A stretch of 64,000 nucleotides of DNA from an uncultured Acidobacteriota bacterium (GCA_903916735.1 CAIWXX010000003.1:974-64973); one strand, 5' to 3'. Numbered from the stretch's first letter, positions 40,342 through 50,824 are shown. Numbers and translations are program-made. Notes: a model not told the origin generated them from the sequence alone.

Positions 40342-41223
40342 ATGGAACAGACTGGGCTGGTTTTAAAGACAGGCCTCGCCGAAATGTTAAGGGGTGGGGT
40401 CATCATGGACGTGACGAATGCAACGCAGGCCAAAATCGCCGAGGATGCCGGGGCCGTTTCGGTGATGGCGCTTGAACGTGTGCCCGCTGACATACGTGCG
40501 GAAGGCGGCATCGCTCGCATGGCGTCCCCTCGCAAGATTCGGGAAATCATGAATGCCGTGTCGATTCCGGTGATGGCCAAGGTGCGGATCGGGCACTTTG
40601 TCGAGGCACAGGTGCTTGAGGCTCTCGGAGTCGACTACATCGACGAAAGCGAAGTGCTGACTCCGGCCGACGAGGAGCATCATATCGACAAATTAAGATT
40701 CAAGGTTCCTTTTGTCTGCGGGTGCCGGGATCTGGGCGAGGCTCTAAGGCGTATCGCTGAAGGCGCTGCATTGATTCGGACCAAAGGCGAAGCCGGCAGC
40801 GGCAACATCGTCGAGGCTGTCCGCCATCTGCGTTGCGTCATCAGAGATATGAAGATCCTGCATTCGCTCCCTGAAGAGGAACTCGTCCACAAGTCCAAAG
40901 AAATGGGCGCTCCGTATGAGCTCGTGAAGATGGTCGCTCGCGATGCAAAACTCCCCGTGCCGAATTTCGCCGCTGGAGGTATTGCAACACCGGCTGACGC
41001 CGCTCTCTGCATGCAACTCGGCGCGGAAACCTGTTTCGTTGGATCGGGAATTTTCAAGTCAGGAGATCCAGAGAAGCGCGCCAAGGCCATTGTGAAAGCC
41101 GTGACTCATTTCCGTGATCCTGAGATCCTGCTGCAGGTGAGCGAGGATCTGGGCGAGCCGATGAAAGGGATCGACATTTCCAAGCTCGACGAGAAGGACC
41201 TCTTGCAGACGCGAGGATGGTGA
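40342..41223 (+). CDS. pdxS: Pyridoxal 5'-phosphate synthase lyase subunit
   Basis: The N-terminal sequence [43 protein letters not shown] and the downstream [14 protein letters not shown] are both canonical PdxS. Confidence 0.9.
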   Translation: MEQTGLVLKTGLAEMLRGGVIMDVTNATQAKIAEDAGAVSVMALERVPADIRAEGGIARMASPRKIREIMNAVSIPVMAKVRIGHFVEAQVLEALGVDYIDESEVLTPADEEHHIDKLRFKVPFVCGCRDLGEALRRIAEGAALIRTKGEAGSGNIVEAVRHLRCVIRDMKILHSLPEEELVHKSKEMGAPYELVKMVARDAKLPVPNFAAGGIATPADAALCMQLGAETCFVGSGIFKSGDPEKRAKAIVKAVTHFRDPEILLQVSEDLGEPMKGIDISKLDEKDLLQTRGW

Positions 41224-41843
41224 TGATCACTCGGCCTCGGATCGGAGTTCTTGCACTTCAGGGTGATTTCGCGAAGCACGCGGAGGCGCTTGCAGCTGCA
41301 GGCGCCTCCGTGAATGAAGTGCGTGTGCCGTCACAACTTGAGGCTCTCGACGGCCTGATCATCCCCGGCGGAGAAAGTACGACGTTGCTCAAACTCATGG
41401 AAGGCACGACCTTCATCGACGACATCCGCCGCTTCCATGGAAGAGGTGGAGCCATTTACGGCACATGCGCCGGACTTATCCTGCTGGCGAAGCAGGTGAG
41501 GAACCCGATGCAGCGGTCTCTCGAGTTGCTGGATGCAGAAGTTCTTCGAAACGGCTATGGCCGTCAGATCGAAAGCTTCGAAAAGCAGGCGCCGATCAAG
41601 TGCCTGGGCAACCCACCATTCCGAATGATCTTCATTCGGGCTCCGACCATCGAAACCCTGGGACGCGGTGTTGAGATCCTTGCCACATGTAATAACCGCC
41701 CTGTTATGGTGCGAAGCGGCCGGCTTCTCGCCACAACTTTCCACCCCGAGTTAACCCCGGATATCCGGATCCACAAGTTCTTTGCGGTGATGTGCATGGA
41801 ATGCGCCGCCGTTGATACGGGAGAGGTTTGCGGCGTCAGGTAG
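41217..41843 (+). CDS. pdxT: Pyridoxal 5'-phosphate synthase glutaminase subunit
   Basis: [11 protein letters not shown], the catalytic Cys region [10 protein letters not shown], and the catalytic histidine and glutamate in FHPE. Confidence 0.85.
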   Translation: MVMITRPRIGVLALQGDFAKHAEALAAAGASVNEVRVPSQLEALDGLIIPGGESTTLLKLMEGTTFIDDIRRFHGRGGAIYGTCAGLILLAKQVRNPMQRSLELLDAEVLRNGYGRQIESFEKQAPIKCLGNPPFRMIFIRAPTIETLGRGVEILATCNNRPVMVRSGRLLATTFHPELTPDIRIHKFFAVMCMECAAVDTGEVCGVR

Positions 41844-41860
41844 GTCGCTGCATGGAATTA

Positions 41861-42277
41861 TCATTCCGGCGTGATTGAGATTCGTCGGCGATCATCACCG
41901 TCATGCGAAAATTCCAGTCGGTAGGTGGGATTCAGCGTTGGAGTTGTCCAATGCTGTGCCCATTCGACCACGAGAATCGAGTCTGGTGCAACAAACTCCT
42001 CCAGAACGAGCTCATCGATGGCCTCAGATGACTCGATACGGTAGAGATCTACATGATGCAGATTGAGGCTCCCACTGTAACTCTGCAGCAGAGTGAAGGA
42101 TGGGCTTGTCACTGTGTGAGGCAGAATCCTGAGTGCTGAAGCCATGCCTTTGACAAACACCGTTTTCCCACATCCAAAATCACCGCATAGAAAGATGATC
42201 TCCCCGCCTTTCAAGCGGGAGGCGAGTTCAGCGCCGTATGCCAGAGTTTCCTCTTCGGATCGGGAGATGTGAATCAC
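41861..42277 (-). CDS. tsaE: tRNA threonylcarbamoyladenosine biosynthesis protein TsaE
   Basis: The P-loop is LCGDFGCGKT, and the overall length and sequence match the YjeE family. Confidence 0.8.
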   Translation of the reverse strand: MIHISRSEEETLAYGAELASRLKGGEIIFLCGDFGCGKTVFVKGMASALRILPHTVTSPSFTLLQSYSGSLNLHHVDLYRIESSEAIDELVLEEFVAPDSILVVEWAQHWTTPTLNPTYRLEFSHDGDDRRRISITPE

Positions 42278-42290
42278 GAATGATGCCGAT

Positions 42291-43862
42291 TCATTGCCGG
42301 TGGGTTCCAGATTGACTGCGTAATTTAATAAACGCAGTGGGTAGAAACTTGATGATATCTGTTGCGATCAGAGAAATCTCACCGAGATCGTTGGCGGCGA
42401 GGTCCCCGGCTAGCCCGTGAACATAGACGCCCAGGTTGACGGCTTCTGGTAAAGGCATCCCCTGTGACAGCAATCCTCCGATGATCCCTGTTAGCACATC
42501 TCCACTGCCGCCCGTCGCCATCCCGGGGTTGCCGGTCGGATTGACATAAACCCAGCCATCGGGCGTCGCGATCACGGTGCGATATCCTTTGAGTACGACA
42601 TAGATTCTGAGCTCGCATGCGATCTTCGATGCGATGGTCGGCCGGTCGCGCAGGATCTCACCGACGGTCCTGCCGTCGAGTCGCGCCAATTCACCGGGGT
42701 GTGGTGTGATCACAAGTGGGGGAAAGTCCTCTGGGGACTTGAGCAGATCAATGCTGCCGCTGAAGCTATTGATGCCATCGGCGTCGAGAACAACGGGCAC
42801 CTTACGAGTCCTGACAATCTGCTTGATGGCGCAAACAGTCACGGGATGAGTGGTCAGGCCCGGCCCGATGATGAGAACATCCTTTCCAGCAGAGAGTTCC
42901 CGCACTCGATCCAGCGCCGCCATCGAAAGAGAACCGATTTCGGTTTCATCGAGCGGTTCGGTCATGATCTCAGGGGCGCCGGCGGCAACGATCGGGAGAC
43001 AGCTTCGAGGTGTCGCCACCGTCACCAGGCCGGCGCCGGCACGCAATGCCGCTATTCCCGTCATGACCGCAGCGCCGGTCTTGCCGGTTGAGCCGGCGAT
43101 GACAAGGGCGTGGCCGTAGCTCCCCTTGTGCGAATCGCGGCGTCGAGTTGCAAGAAGCGTCCCAATCGTTCCATCCAGAAACTCCATCCGATGACTTGGA
43201 TTTTCCAACAGGTTTTGTGGGATGCCGATCGGAACCACCTCCACATCTCCGCAATATTTCGCAGCCGGCGGGAAGACGTGGCATCTTTTCAAGCATTGCA
43301 ATGAGACCGTCAGGTTAGCTTGAATGGCGGGTCCGATGATTTCTCCGGTATCACTTGAGAGCCCCGACGGAACATCTATGGAAATGATCTTCTTGCCGGA
43401 GGAATTCAGATCATCGATCACGAGCGCGTAGAGGCCCGAGGCGGCGGTTGTGAGCCCGGTGCCGAAAATCGCATCCACCACCATATCGGTTTCTTCCTCA
43501 GACCAGGCGCGATGCCAGGCTGTTTTATCGGTGACCTCGGTGATTTTGACACCGGCGGCCATCATCATTTCGAGGTTGGTCAAGGCGTCGCCTTTCAGGT
43601 CACGAGCCGTGGCAAGCAGGATAGCGCGGACTGTGCCACCTCGGGTGGCGATATGCCGCGCCGTGGCCAGCCCATCTCCACCGTTGTTCCCTTTGCCGCA
43701 AACGACCGTCACCTTCAGCGAATTAAGATCGGGGAAACGTCGAGTCAACGCGTCATAAGCTTGTAGTGAAGCGTTCTCCATGAGCGTGTGGCCGAAGATT
43801 CCAAGATCCTCAATACACGTCCGATCCACGGATCTCATCTCAGCTGCCGTCAGTATCTTCAT
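42291..43862 (-). CDS. nnr: Bifunctional NAD(P)H-hydrate repair enzyme Nnr (epimerase plus ADP-dependent dehydratase)
   Basis: The YjeF_N motif is VVCGKGNNGGDGLATARH. The C-terminal carbohydrate-kinase domain has GHALVIAGSTGKTGAAVM, GGSGDVLTG and related motifs. Confidence 0.85.
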   Translation of the reverse strand: MKILTAAEMRSVDRTCIEDLGIFGHTLMENASLQAYDALTRRFPDLNSLKVTVVCGKGNNGGDGLATARHIATRGGTVRAILLATARDLKGDALTNLEMMMAAGVKITEVTDKTAWHRAWSEEETDMVVDAIFGTGLTTAASGLYALVIDDLNSSGKKIISIDVPSGLSSDTGEIIGPAIQANLTVSLQCLKRCHVFPPAAKYCGDVEVVPIGIPQNLLENPSHRMEFLDGTIGTLLATRRRDSHKGSYGHALVIAGSTGKTGAAVMTGIAALRAGAGLVTVATPRSCLPIVAAGAPEIMTEPLDETEIGSLSMAALDRVRELSAGKDVLIIGPGLTTHPVTVCAIKQIVRTRKVPVVLDADGINSFSGSIDLLKSPEDFPPLVITPHPGELARLDGRTVGEILRDRPTIASKIACELRIYVVLKGYRTVIATPDGWVYVNPTGNPGMATGGSGDVLTGIIGGLLSQGMPLPEAVNLGVYVHGLAGDLAANDLGEISLIATDIIKFLPTAFIKLRSQSGTHRQ

Positions 43863-44118
43863 CTATGAACTCCCTGTCGAAAAGTACCCATCGGGTGGCC
43901 TACCGACCCCTCTAGGAGTTTGACATACAATTAATGGACTGAGGAGGGGTGAGAGGGGTTAGAGCCGCTACTGCCGAGCGGCTGGCCCAGGTCCGCGGCC
44001 CCTGACTCCCTGTCGATTTAGCAGTACACATCGGCGAAGCACGATCACTCCATTCGCAACATTTCCACGCTCAACCATTGTTCAGTGAGATTCGGAAACC
44101 AATTAGCGGGAATTGAAG

Positions 44119-44156
44119 AAAATAGGCAGATCCGCTTAGTCAGAGGCAGATCTGCC
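44119..44156 (-). terminator. Probable rho-independent terminator for the Cys/Met-rich protein gene
   Basis: On the minus strand, GGCAGATC, a 16-nt loop and GATCTGCC are followed by TATTTT, immediately downstream of the stop at 44164. Confidence 0.45.
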
Positions 44157-44163
44157 AAAATGC

Positions 44164-44673
44164 TTATGTCGTAGACTGCGTCGAGGCTTTGGCAAATCTG
44201 ATGATTTGCAAATACTTCTTGCCGTCAACTTCTGCGATTTTCCCGTTCACCTTGATTGATATCTTCCCATGGCCGTCGGTTTTCGCGAGGTTCTTAGCTT
44301 CCGGTGTGCCCATCAGGTAATAGACGGTTTCACCGGATTTGAAGACGTGCCGGCATGTTTTATCGATTTTCAAATCACACATCGAACAACACATCTTCCC
44401 GTTCAATTCGGTTTCTTTGGCGTTTTTCATCGCCGTGGCGACTCTCTCGGCGAGTCCCTTATCCGGTATGAAGCAGCATGCCTGGTCGCCTTTTCCCTCT
44501 TGATCCATCGGGCAGCCCTTCATCTTCTGTTCAGGGCCGCTCAACGAGGCATTCGCGGCTTTCATGCAGCACCCGGGTTTTTGAGAAGCCATCGGGCATT
44601 CCTTTTTAGGCTCTTCCGCTCGTGTGAGTCCTGTTATTAGAAGGAGCGCCGCAATCGCCGTGAGTTTTTTCAT
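44164..44673 (-). CDS. Secreted Cys/Met-rich protein, a putative periplasmic metal-binding protein
   Basis: A strong RBS AAAAGGAGGA is present. The signal peptide is MKKLTAIAALLLITGLTRA. The mature region carries ECPMASQKPGCCM, KGCPMDQEGKGDQACCF and KMCCSMCDLKIDKTC (three CC pairs, two CPM motifs and one MCCSMC). Confidence 0.55.
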   Translation of the reverse strand: MKKLTAIAALLLITGLTRAEEPKKECPMASQKPGCCMKAANASLSGPEQKMKGCPMDQEGKGDQACCFIPDKGLAERVATAMKNAKETELNGKMCCSMCDLKIDKTCRHVFKSGETVYYLMGTPEAKNLAKTDGHGKISIKVNGKIAEVDGKKYLQIIRFAKASTQSTT

Positions 44674-44928
44674 TTGTTATTGTCCTCCTTTTCTTTGTGG
44701 AAGAAGTATAGGTGAAGCTTGGATATGGTTCAAGAGATCCTTCGCTCCGTCTCAGGATGACGTTTGGTTCCGCTCGGGATCTAGTGTCGGAATCTTATTC
44801 GATGTACGCGCCGTCACATTTGAGCAAGCTCATCATGCCATTCCAGGTTTGAACGGCATTCGGATTCAAGGAGGAGTGTTGTCGATCATGCTCAAAGCGG
44901 GTACTGAGCACTGAGAACCGGCAATTTG

Positions 44929-45723
44929 CTATCGAAGAATCTTGATCATCTCCTTGTGAATGTGTCCATTGGAGGCCAGAACACGAGGGTGAGCCAAGTC
45001 AATTGGCCCGCCGCTGAAGTTGGTCGCCACACCGCCGGCTTCTGTGACAATGAGCATCCCTGCTGCAACATCCCAGCACTTCAGCTTTATCTCCCAAAAA
45101 CCATCGAATCGCCCAGCCCCGACATAACAGAGATCGAGAGCCGCGGCTCCGGCACGCCTGACTGCCTGCGCTCTCCGCGCAAACCGTTCGAAATGTGCAA
45201 GATTGTTATCCGGGCTTGTACGGATGTCATAAGGGAAACCGGTTGCAAGGAGAGCCCGGTCAAGGCAATCAACAGATGAAACCCGTATCTTTCGGCCGTT
45301 GAGAAATGCTCCTCCTCCCAGCTTCCCTGTGAAGAGCTCTTGCCGGGTTGGGCAATAAACAGCTCCGATGATGACAGCATCCTGGAAAGCAAGAGCGATA
45401 CTGACACAATACACCGGGAAACCATGAGCGTAGTTCGTTGTGCCGTCTAGTGGGTCGATGATCCAACGGAATTCCGAGCGTCCGGCGGTCAGGGCGCCTT
45501 CCTCGCTGACCATATCATGTTCTGGGAACTCATCTCTCAGCCGCCGAAGAATCAGAGCCTGGCTGCGAAGATCCATTTCAGTGACAATATCAATGGTTCC
45601 CTTATGGCGGATCTTTTGCTTTCGTCCAAAACGGCTCTGCAAAAGATCCCCGGCCTCGACAGCAATTTGTTTCGCCACTTTTAGAAAACTGCAGAATTCC
45701 TTTTTCGATGGCATTTTGTTCAT
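44929..45723 (-). CDS. suhB: Inositol monophosphatase family protein (SuhB-like)
   Basis: IVTEMD, WIIDPLDGTTNYAHG and a C-terminal WDVAAG motif. Confidence 0.8.
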   Translation of the reverse strand: MNKMPSKKEFCSFLKVAKQIAVEAGDLLQSRFGRKQKIRHKGTIDIVTEMDLRSQALILRRLRDEFPEHDMVSEEGALTAGRSEFRWIIDPLDGTTNYAHGFPVYCVSIALAFQDAVIIGAVYCPTRQELFTGKLGGGAFLNGRKIRVSSVDCLDRALLATGFPYDIRTSPDNNLAHFERFARRAQAVRRAGAAALDLCYVGAGRFDGFWEIKLKCWDVAAGMLIVTEAGGVATNFSGGPIDLAHPRVLASNGHIHKEMIKILR

Positions 45724-45999
45724 ATGATAATGATCATATCCTGAATGATCAGCTGGGTCGAATCAGTGTGTTAACTCTATTGCCACCAACGCTGTGAAAC
45801 CAATTCTTGTCCTTTTCCTAACTCACAAGCTTCCTCACTCTTGGACGCTCTTCCGCCCCGGCCTCTTTTCCGGTCTTAGGCGGTAATTATTTTGAGGAGG
45901 ATCGCTCTGTTTCTTTGGCTGGCCGACCTGGACCCGGATATGTACCTACATATTACCATCTTATATCACACTATCGGGCTTCATTATTCAAAGAAAATG

Positions 46000-46028
46000 T
46001 TGACCGATCCCGACTTTTGTGGCATAAT
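46000..46028 (+). promoter_or_regulatory. Near-consensus sigma70 promoter for cdnL
   Basis: The -35 is TTGACC at 46000-46005, the spacer is 17 bp, and the -10 is CATAAT at 46023-46028. This lies about 40 bp upstream of the cdnL start. Confidence 0.55.
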
Positions 46029-46068
46029 GCCAAGGTGAGGTTTTTATCTAGAGGTGGAAATGGGATCG

Positions 46069-46587
46069 ATGGCTTTCAAAAAAGGTGACAAGGTTGTGTA
46101 CCCCAATCACGGGATTGGCGTGATTGAGGACATCCGGGAACGGGAGTTTTTCGGCCAACAGGAGTGCTTTTACTCCTTACGAATACTGGCGAACGATACG
46201 ATGGTCATGGTCCCGCTCGCCAATGCCGACGGCGTGGGACTTCGGAAGATCATCAAAGGCCCTGACGTCGATCGGGTAATGGAGATTTTGCGGGACAGTG
46301 ACCTCGATTTACACAAAAACTGGAAAGGCCGATTCAAGGAAAACTCGAACAAAATGCGCACGGGATCGATTTACGAGGTAGCCGAGGTCTATAAAAACCT
46401 GGCCTACCTGAGCAAAAGCAAGGCGCTCTCGTATCGCGAGAAGCGGATGCTCGATAAGGCTCGGTATCTCCTTGTTTCTGAAATGGCTGTTGCTGGGCGA
46501 ATGTCTGAGAGCTTGATCGAAACAAAAATCGACGAGGCGCTTACTAGCGGAAAAACCGGGAAGAGACTCCACGTTGCTCACGCGTAG
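46069..46587 (+). CDS. cdnL: CarD/CdnL-family RNA polymerase-binding transcription factor
   Basis: MAFKKGDKVVYPNHGIGVIEDI matches the CarD_CdnL_TRCF domain. An RBS GAGGTGG lies 11 nt upstream. Confidence 0.85.
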   Translation: MAFKKGDKVVYPNHGIGVIEDIREREFFGQQECFYSLRILANDTMVMVPLANADGVGLRKIIKGPDVDRVMEILRDSDLDLHKNWKGRFKENSNKMRTGSIYEVAEVYKNLAYLSKSKALSYREKRMLDKARYLLVSEMAVAGRMSESLIETKIDEALTSGKTGKRLHVAHA

Positions 46588-46607
46588 AATTTGATCGGTT
46601 AACCAAA

Positions 46608-46638
46608 GGCGATTCCAAACGGGGATCGCCTTTTTTTT
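46608..46638 (+). terminator. Rho-independent terminator after cdnL
   Basis: GGCGAT, the loop tccaaacgggg and ATCGCC are followed by TTTTTTTT. Confidence 0.75.
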
Positions 46639-46781
46639 ATCTTTGAAATCGATATGACGATGAAGGTTTAATCATGATTCGCCGGTGCCTGGTCCGACTG
46701 GGACCTTGGATTTTGGCTACCATGTCGCGTCTGGAACGAGTCATTTCTTCTTGGAATTCGGGCAGCCGCAAATCGAGCTGA

Positions 46782-48095
46782 TTGTTAATGTTAGCCCTCA
46801 GTATCATTTTTTTTATAATCGCACTCATCGTTGCAGCCTTTTTCGCCATGTCAGAAACGGCGATTCTGTCGATGAACAGGTTCAAGTTGGAGCATCTGGA
46901 GAGTACCGGAAATCGTACAGCAGGGAGGCTTAAGCAGCTCCGGATGAAACCCGATCGATTTCTCGCCACGGTTCTCGTTGGCAACACCTTCGTGAATGCT
47001 GCCGCTGCCTCACTCGCCACTTTCGTCTTTGGATTGGCGATTGGAACGACCGAAGAAGCGATCGTCCTGGCGACTGTTACTGTGACGCTTTTCCTTCTTG
47101 TTTTTTCGGAAATCACGCCGAAGACATATGCGAGTCACCATCCGGAGCGGATGGGATTCATCCTTTACCGTCTCATTCAGGCTGCAATGTGGTTGCTGAC
47201 TCCGATCGTCCTGGTTGTGACATGGCTCTCACGTGGCTTTCTGCGCCTTTTGGGGCTGGAGCCGGCGCCGATTCACGATCGTCTTTCAGAGGATGAATTC
47301 CGATCTATTCTGAATGTGGGGGCGGAGGAAGGTGCCATCGCTCAAACGAAGAGAAAGATGCTTTCGAGCATTTTTGATATTGCGAAAAAGAGCGTGAAGG
47401 AGGTCATGATACCCCGCACGATGATGATCATGATCGAAGAGTCAACTCCACCTGGCAAAGTTTTTGAAATTTTTGTGCATTCGGGGTTTTCCAGGATTCC
47501 TGTCTTCAGCGGCCACGCGGAAAATGTCGTCGGTACTATACATGCCAAGGATTTGCTCGGGTTATTGCAGAGAGGTGAAGAGGCGGACATCGGCCGGCTA
47601 CTTCGCAAGCCATTTTTTATTCCGGCGAGTGCACCGGTGGAAACCGCCTTGAGCGAGTTCCAGAAAGCCAAAGTCCACATGGGCATTGTTGTGGACGAGT
47701 ATGGAGGCCTGGAAGGAATCGTCACGATTGAGGACCTTATTGAAGAGATAGTGGGCGAGATACAGGATGAACATGACGAGGAAAGCGACTATCTGAGGCC
47801 ACAGCCCGATGGATCCTGTCTTATAGACGGCGGTGCCGCCATCGACAAGATCAATGAACGGTTGTCGCTCGGAATCCCTGAAGAGCCGGGGTTTATGACA
47901 ATCGCCGGCTTCATCCTTTCAAAACTCGGGAGGATCCCAAAGGAAACGGAGGCGATCGAATTCAACGGCCGTCAGTTCATTGTGGAGAAGGTCACTCGAC
48001 GGACAATTTCACTCATTCGCCTCGTCCCCGTCGCCTCGCCCCCCTGCACGCAGCTCAAAAAAAATGGGATGCCCACGAATGAAGGGGATCACTAA
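46782..48095 (+). CDS. CNNM/CorC-family transporter (DUF21 membrane domain, CBS pair and CorC_HlyC domain)
   Basis: Four N-terminal transmembrane helices are followed by the MSETAILS DUF21 signature, a CBS pair and the C-terminal CorC_HlyC fold. Confidence 0.85.
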   Translation: MLMLALSIIFFIIALIVAAFFAMSETAILSMNRFKLEHLESTGNRTAGRLKQLRMKPDRFLATVLVGNTFVNAAAASLATFVFGLAIGTTEEAIVLATVTVTLFLLVFSEITPKTYASHHPERMGFILYRLIQAAMWLLTPIVLVVTWLSRGFLRLLGLEPAPIHDRLSEDEFRSILNVGAEEGAIAQTKRKMLSSIFDIAKKSVKEVMIPRTMMIMIEESTPPGKVFEIFVHSGFSRIPVFSGHAENVVGTIHAKDLLGLLQRGEEADIGRLLRKPFFIPASAPVETALSEFQKAKVHMGIVVDEYGGLEGIVTIEDLIEEIVGEIQDEHDEESDYLRPQPDGSCLIDGGAAIDKINERLSLGIPEEPGFMTIAGFILSKLGRIPKETEAIEFNGRQFIVEKVTRRTISLIRLVPVASPPCTQLKKNGMPTNEGDH

Positions 48096-48365
48096 AAGCC
48101 CGGCTTACAACGACCAGCCGGATGTGAAACGTCCAATATCCAACACAGTGGCGCAGATCATGACGCCAAAGATAAAAATCCATCCGGCGATGGCCAGTGG
48201 ATAATGAAGTTTGGCCGCGCAGGGGATTGGGCATAAGTTCGTACGATCAATGCCTTGGGGTTGATGACGGTGGGCTCCCGCAATCCGACAGGCCTCTCTC
48301 TATGCCTTGATTCAAGCGGCAGCGGGTGCTAGGCTTCTCACCGAGATCCCCCGGGAGGGTTTTCC

Positions 48366-48779
48366 GTGAAAGTGAAGTTTATCGTCGGCTTTGTCATCAT
48401 CGCTGCCGCGATCGTCTGGTTGGCAGCCACCGGTTTCAAGGGTGCCAAATCTTACTACAAGACGGTCGATGAGCTGTCGGCGATGGGAGAGGATGCGCAC
48501 ACTTACCGGCTGAAGGTGGCCGGTGAAATCGTTCCGGGGTCGATCAGAAGAAGCGCCGGACGGGTTGATTTTGTGATTACACAAAGGGGGAAAACACTGA
48601 AGGTGAGCTACATCGGGAACAGCCCTCTTCCCGATACGGTTGTCGACAAGGCTCAGATTGTCATTGAAGGAAAATACCGGCGCGAAGGTGATTTCCAGGC
48701 CGATGCGCTGCAAGCCAAATGCGCATCAAAATACCAGGCTGTCAATAGGAATCCGACAGCCAGGCCTTCCGGGATGTAG
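48366..48779 (+). CDS. ccmE: Cytochrome c maturation heme chaperone CcmE, CxxxY variant (Cys in place of the heme-binding His)
   Basis: An N-terminal transmembrane anchor is followed by an OB-fold with a YRLKVAGEIVPGSI motif. The C-terminal LQAKCASKY corresponds to the canonical LAKHDENY, and the Cys codon is at 48720-48722. Confidence 0.8.
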   Translation: MKVKFIVGFVIIAAAIVWLAATGFKGAKSYYKTVDELSAMGEDAHTYRLKVAGEIVPGSIRRSAGRVDFVITQRGKTLKVSYIGNSPLPDTVVDKAQIVIEGKYRREGDFQADALQAKCASKYQAVNRNPTARPSGM

Positions 48780-48808
48780 GATAGGATACCGAGCAGGTAC
48801 CGCACGGC

Positions 48809-50797
48809 ATGGCAAACATAGGCGGTTTCGCGCTCCTGTGCATACTCGTTATTTCCTGTTTCGGTTTTATCGCGGCTCTTCTCGGGCGGCGCCCCGAGAC
48901 CCGCCGGTTTGAAAAAGTGGCCGAGCATGCGGTCTATGCCTGCTTTGCGCTTTATCTGATGGCGACTGCTTCGCTTATATATCTCCTCGGCACGAGTCAA
49001 TTCGCTTATGCCTACGTGGCAAACGAAACAAACCGTGAGCTGCCGTTTTTTTTCAAGTTGACCGCCGTGTGGGCAGGCCAGGAAGGATCGCTCCTCTTCT
49101 GGGGATTCCTCCTCTCGATTTATGCCGCTGCAATCGTGGCCGGGTACAGGAAGAAATTCCCCGAACTGATGCCCTATATTTCGATGGTGTTTCTCATAAC
49201 GATCTTCTTCTTTTCGATTCTGCACATCTTCGTCTCTCATCCCTTCAATGAACTGGCATTGGTTCAGCCTGATGGTTCACTGACTGCCTTTGTACCGGAA
49301 GATGGGCAGGGCTTGAACCCGCTCCTCCAACACTGGGCGATGATCATCCATCCGCCGCTGCTTTACCTTGGATATGTCGGATGCATTGTACCTTTCGCTT
49401 TTGCCATCGCAGCGCTTGCAACGCGGAGGACGAGCGTTGACTGGATTCGCGCCACACGCCGCTGGACGCTGATCGCATGGTTCTTCCTCGGCGCAGGTAT
49501 TCTGCTGGGAGCCAAATGGGCCTATGCCGTGCTGGGCTGGGGCGGATACTGGAGCTGGGATCCAGTCGAAAACGCGTCACTCATGCCCTGGCTCACGATG
49601 ACGGTTTTCCTGCACTCGGTGATGCCTCAGGAACGTCGGGGGATGCTGAAGGTCTGGAATATGAGCCTCGTGACACTCTCCTTTGCCCTCTCGATTTTTG
49701 GAACTTTTCTGACTCGTAGCGGAATTGTTTCTTCAGTCCACGCTTTCGGAGCATCATCAATCGGGACCTATTTCGCTGTTTTTCTCTGCATCATCATCGC
49801 TGTGTCGGGCTTCCTGATTCTCACGAGGCTCTCGCACCTGAAAAGCGAGAACCGACTCGATTCCATCTTCTCCCGCGAAAGCGCTTTCTTTTTTAACAAT
49901 CTGATCCTCCTCGGAGCCTGTCTGGCCGTGCTTTGGGGGACGATGTATCCGGTGATTTCCGAGGCTCTTGAAGGGCAGAAGATTACCGTTGGAGCAACCT
50001 TCTTCAACCGGATTAATGTTCCGATCGGCATTTTCCTGCTTTTGGTTATCGGCGTTTGTCCTTTCTTTACGTGGAAACGGACGTCACTCGATAGCCTCCG
50101 GCGCAATCTCCTCCTTCCGATTCTCTGCGGTATTCTCTCTGCCATTCTGCTTGTGATGTCCGGCATGCGCGTACCGGCGGCTATTGCGACGATCTCTTGC
50201 GGCGTCATTGTCATTGTGACGATCGCGATCGAGTTTTATCGAGGAGCTCGAATGCGACACATGAATTCGTCGGACGCCTATCCGGTGGCGCTCTTTCGGC
50301 TGATCATGAAAAATAAGAGACGATACGGCGGATATTTTGTGCATATTTCCATCGTCATGCTCTTTGTCGGTTTCGCCGGCGCCATTTACAATTCGGAGTT
50401 CAAGGCGGAATTAAAGCAGGGCGAGGCTGCGCAATTTGGCAAATATCTCATCCAATGCGCAGGGGTGACCGAGGGGGAGAACCCGAATTATTTCACTTAC
50501 AAAGCATACCTGCACATCATAAGAGGCGAGACAGACCTAGGGGTGCTCTCGCCTGAGCGCCGTTTTTACAAGGCCAGCCAGCAACCGTCATCGGAGGTCG
50601 CCATTCATACGTCACTGATCGAGGATCTCTATCTGGTTTTCGCCGGAATGTCGGATGACGGGCAACGCGCCGTCATCCAGATCTATGCCAATCCACTCGT
50701 CACCTGGATCTGGTTGGGCGGACTCGTGTTTGTTCTGGGTAGTCTCATCGCAATCCTGCCTGACAGGATGGGAACCGGTGACACGCGTGGCGCATAA
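48809..50797 (+). CDS. ccmF: Cytochrome c-type biogenesis protein CcmF (heme lyase subunit)
   Basis: The tryptophan-rich WWD domain WGGYWSWDPVEN is present. There are about 15 transmembrane helices and conserved histidines. Confidence 0.9.
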   Translation: MANIGGFALLCILVISCFGFIAALLGRRPETRRFEKVAEHAVYACFALYLMATASLIYLLGTSQFAYAYVANETNRELPFFFKLTAVWAGQEGSLLFWGFLLSIYAAAIVAGYRKKFPELMPYISMVFLITIFFFSILHIFVSHPFNELALVQPDGSLTAFVPEDGQGLNPLLQHWAMIIHPPLLYLGYVGCIVPFAFAIAALATRRTSVDWIRATRRWTLIAWFFLGAGILLGAKWAYAVLGWGGYWSWDPVENASLMPWLTMTVFLHSVMPQERRGMLKVWNMSLVTLSFALSIFGTFLTRSGIVSSVHAFGASSIGTYFAVFLCIIIAVSGFLILTRLSHLKSENRLDSIFSRESAFFFNNLILLGACLAVLWGTMYPVISEALEGQKITVGATFFNRINVPIGIFLLLVIGVCPFFTWKRTSLDSLRRNLLLPILCGILSAILLVMSGMRVPAAIATISCGVIVIVTIAIEFYRGARMRHMNSSDAYPVALFRLIMKNKRRYGGYFVHISIVMLFVGFAGAIYNSEFKAELKQGEAAQFGKYLIQCAGVTEGENPNYFTYKAYLHIIRGETDLGVLSPERRFYKASQQPSSEVAIHTSLIEDLYLVFAGMSDDGQRAVIQIYANPLVTWIWLGGLVFVLGSLIAILPDRMGTGDTRGA

Positions 50798-50824
50798 AAT
50801 GATTTCTACCACGGGAGAGCGTAC

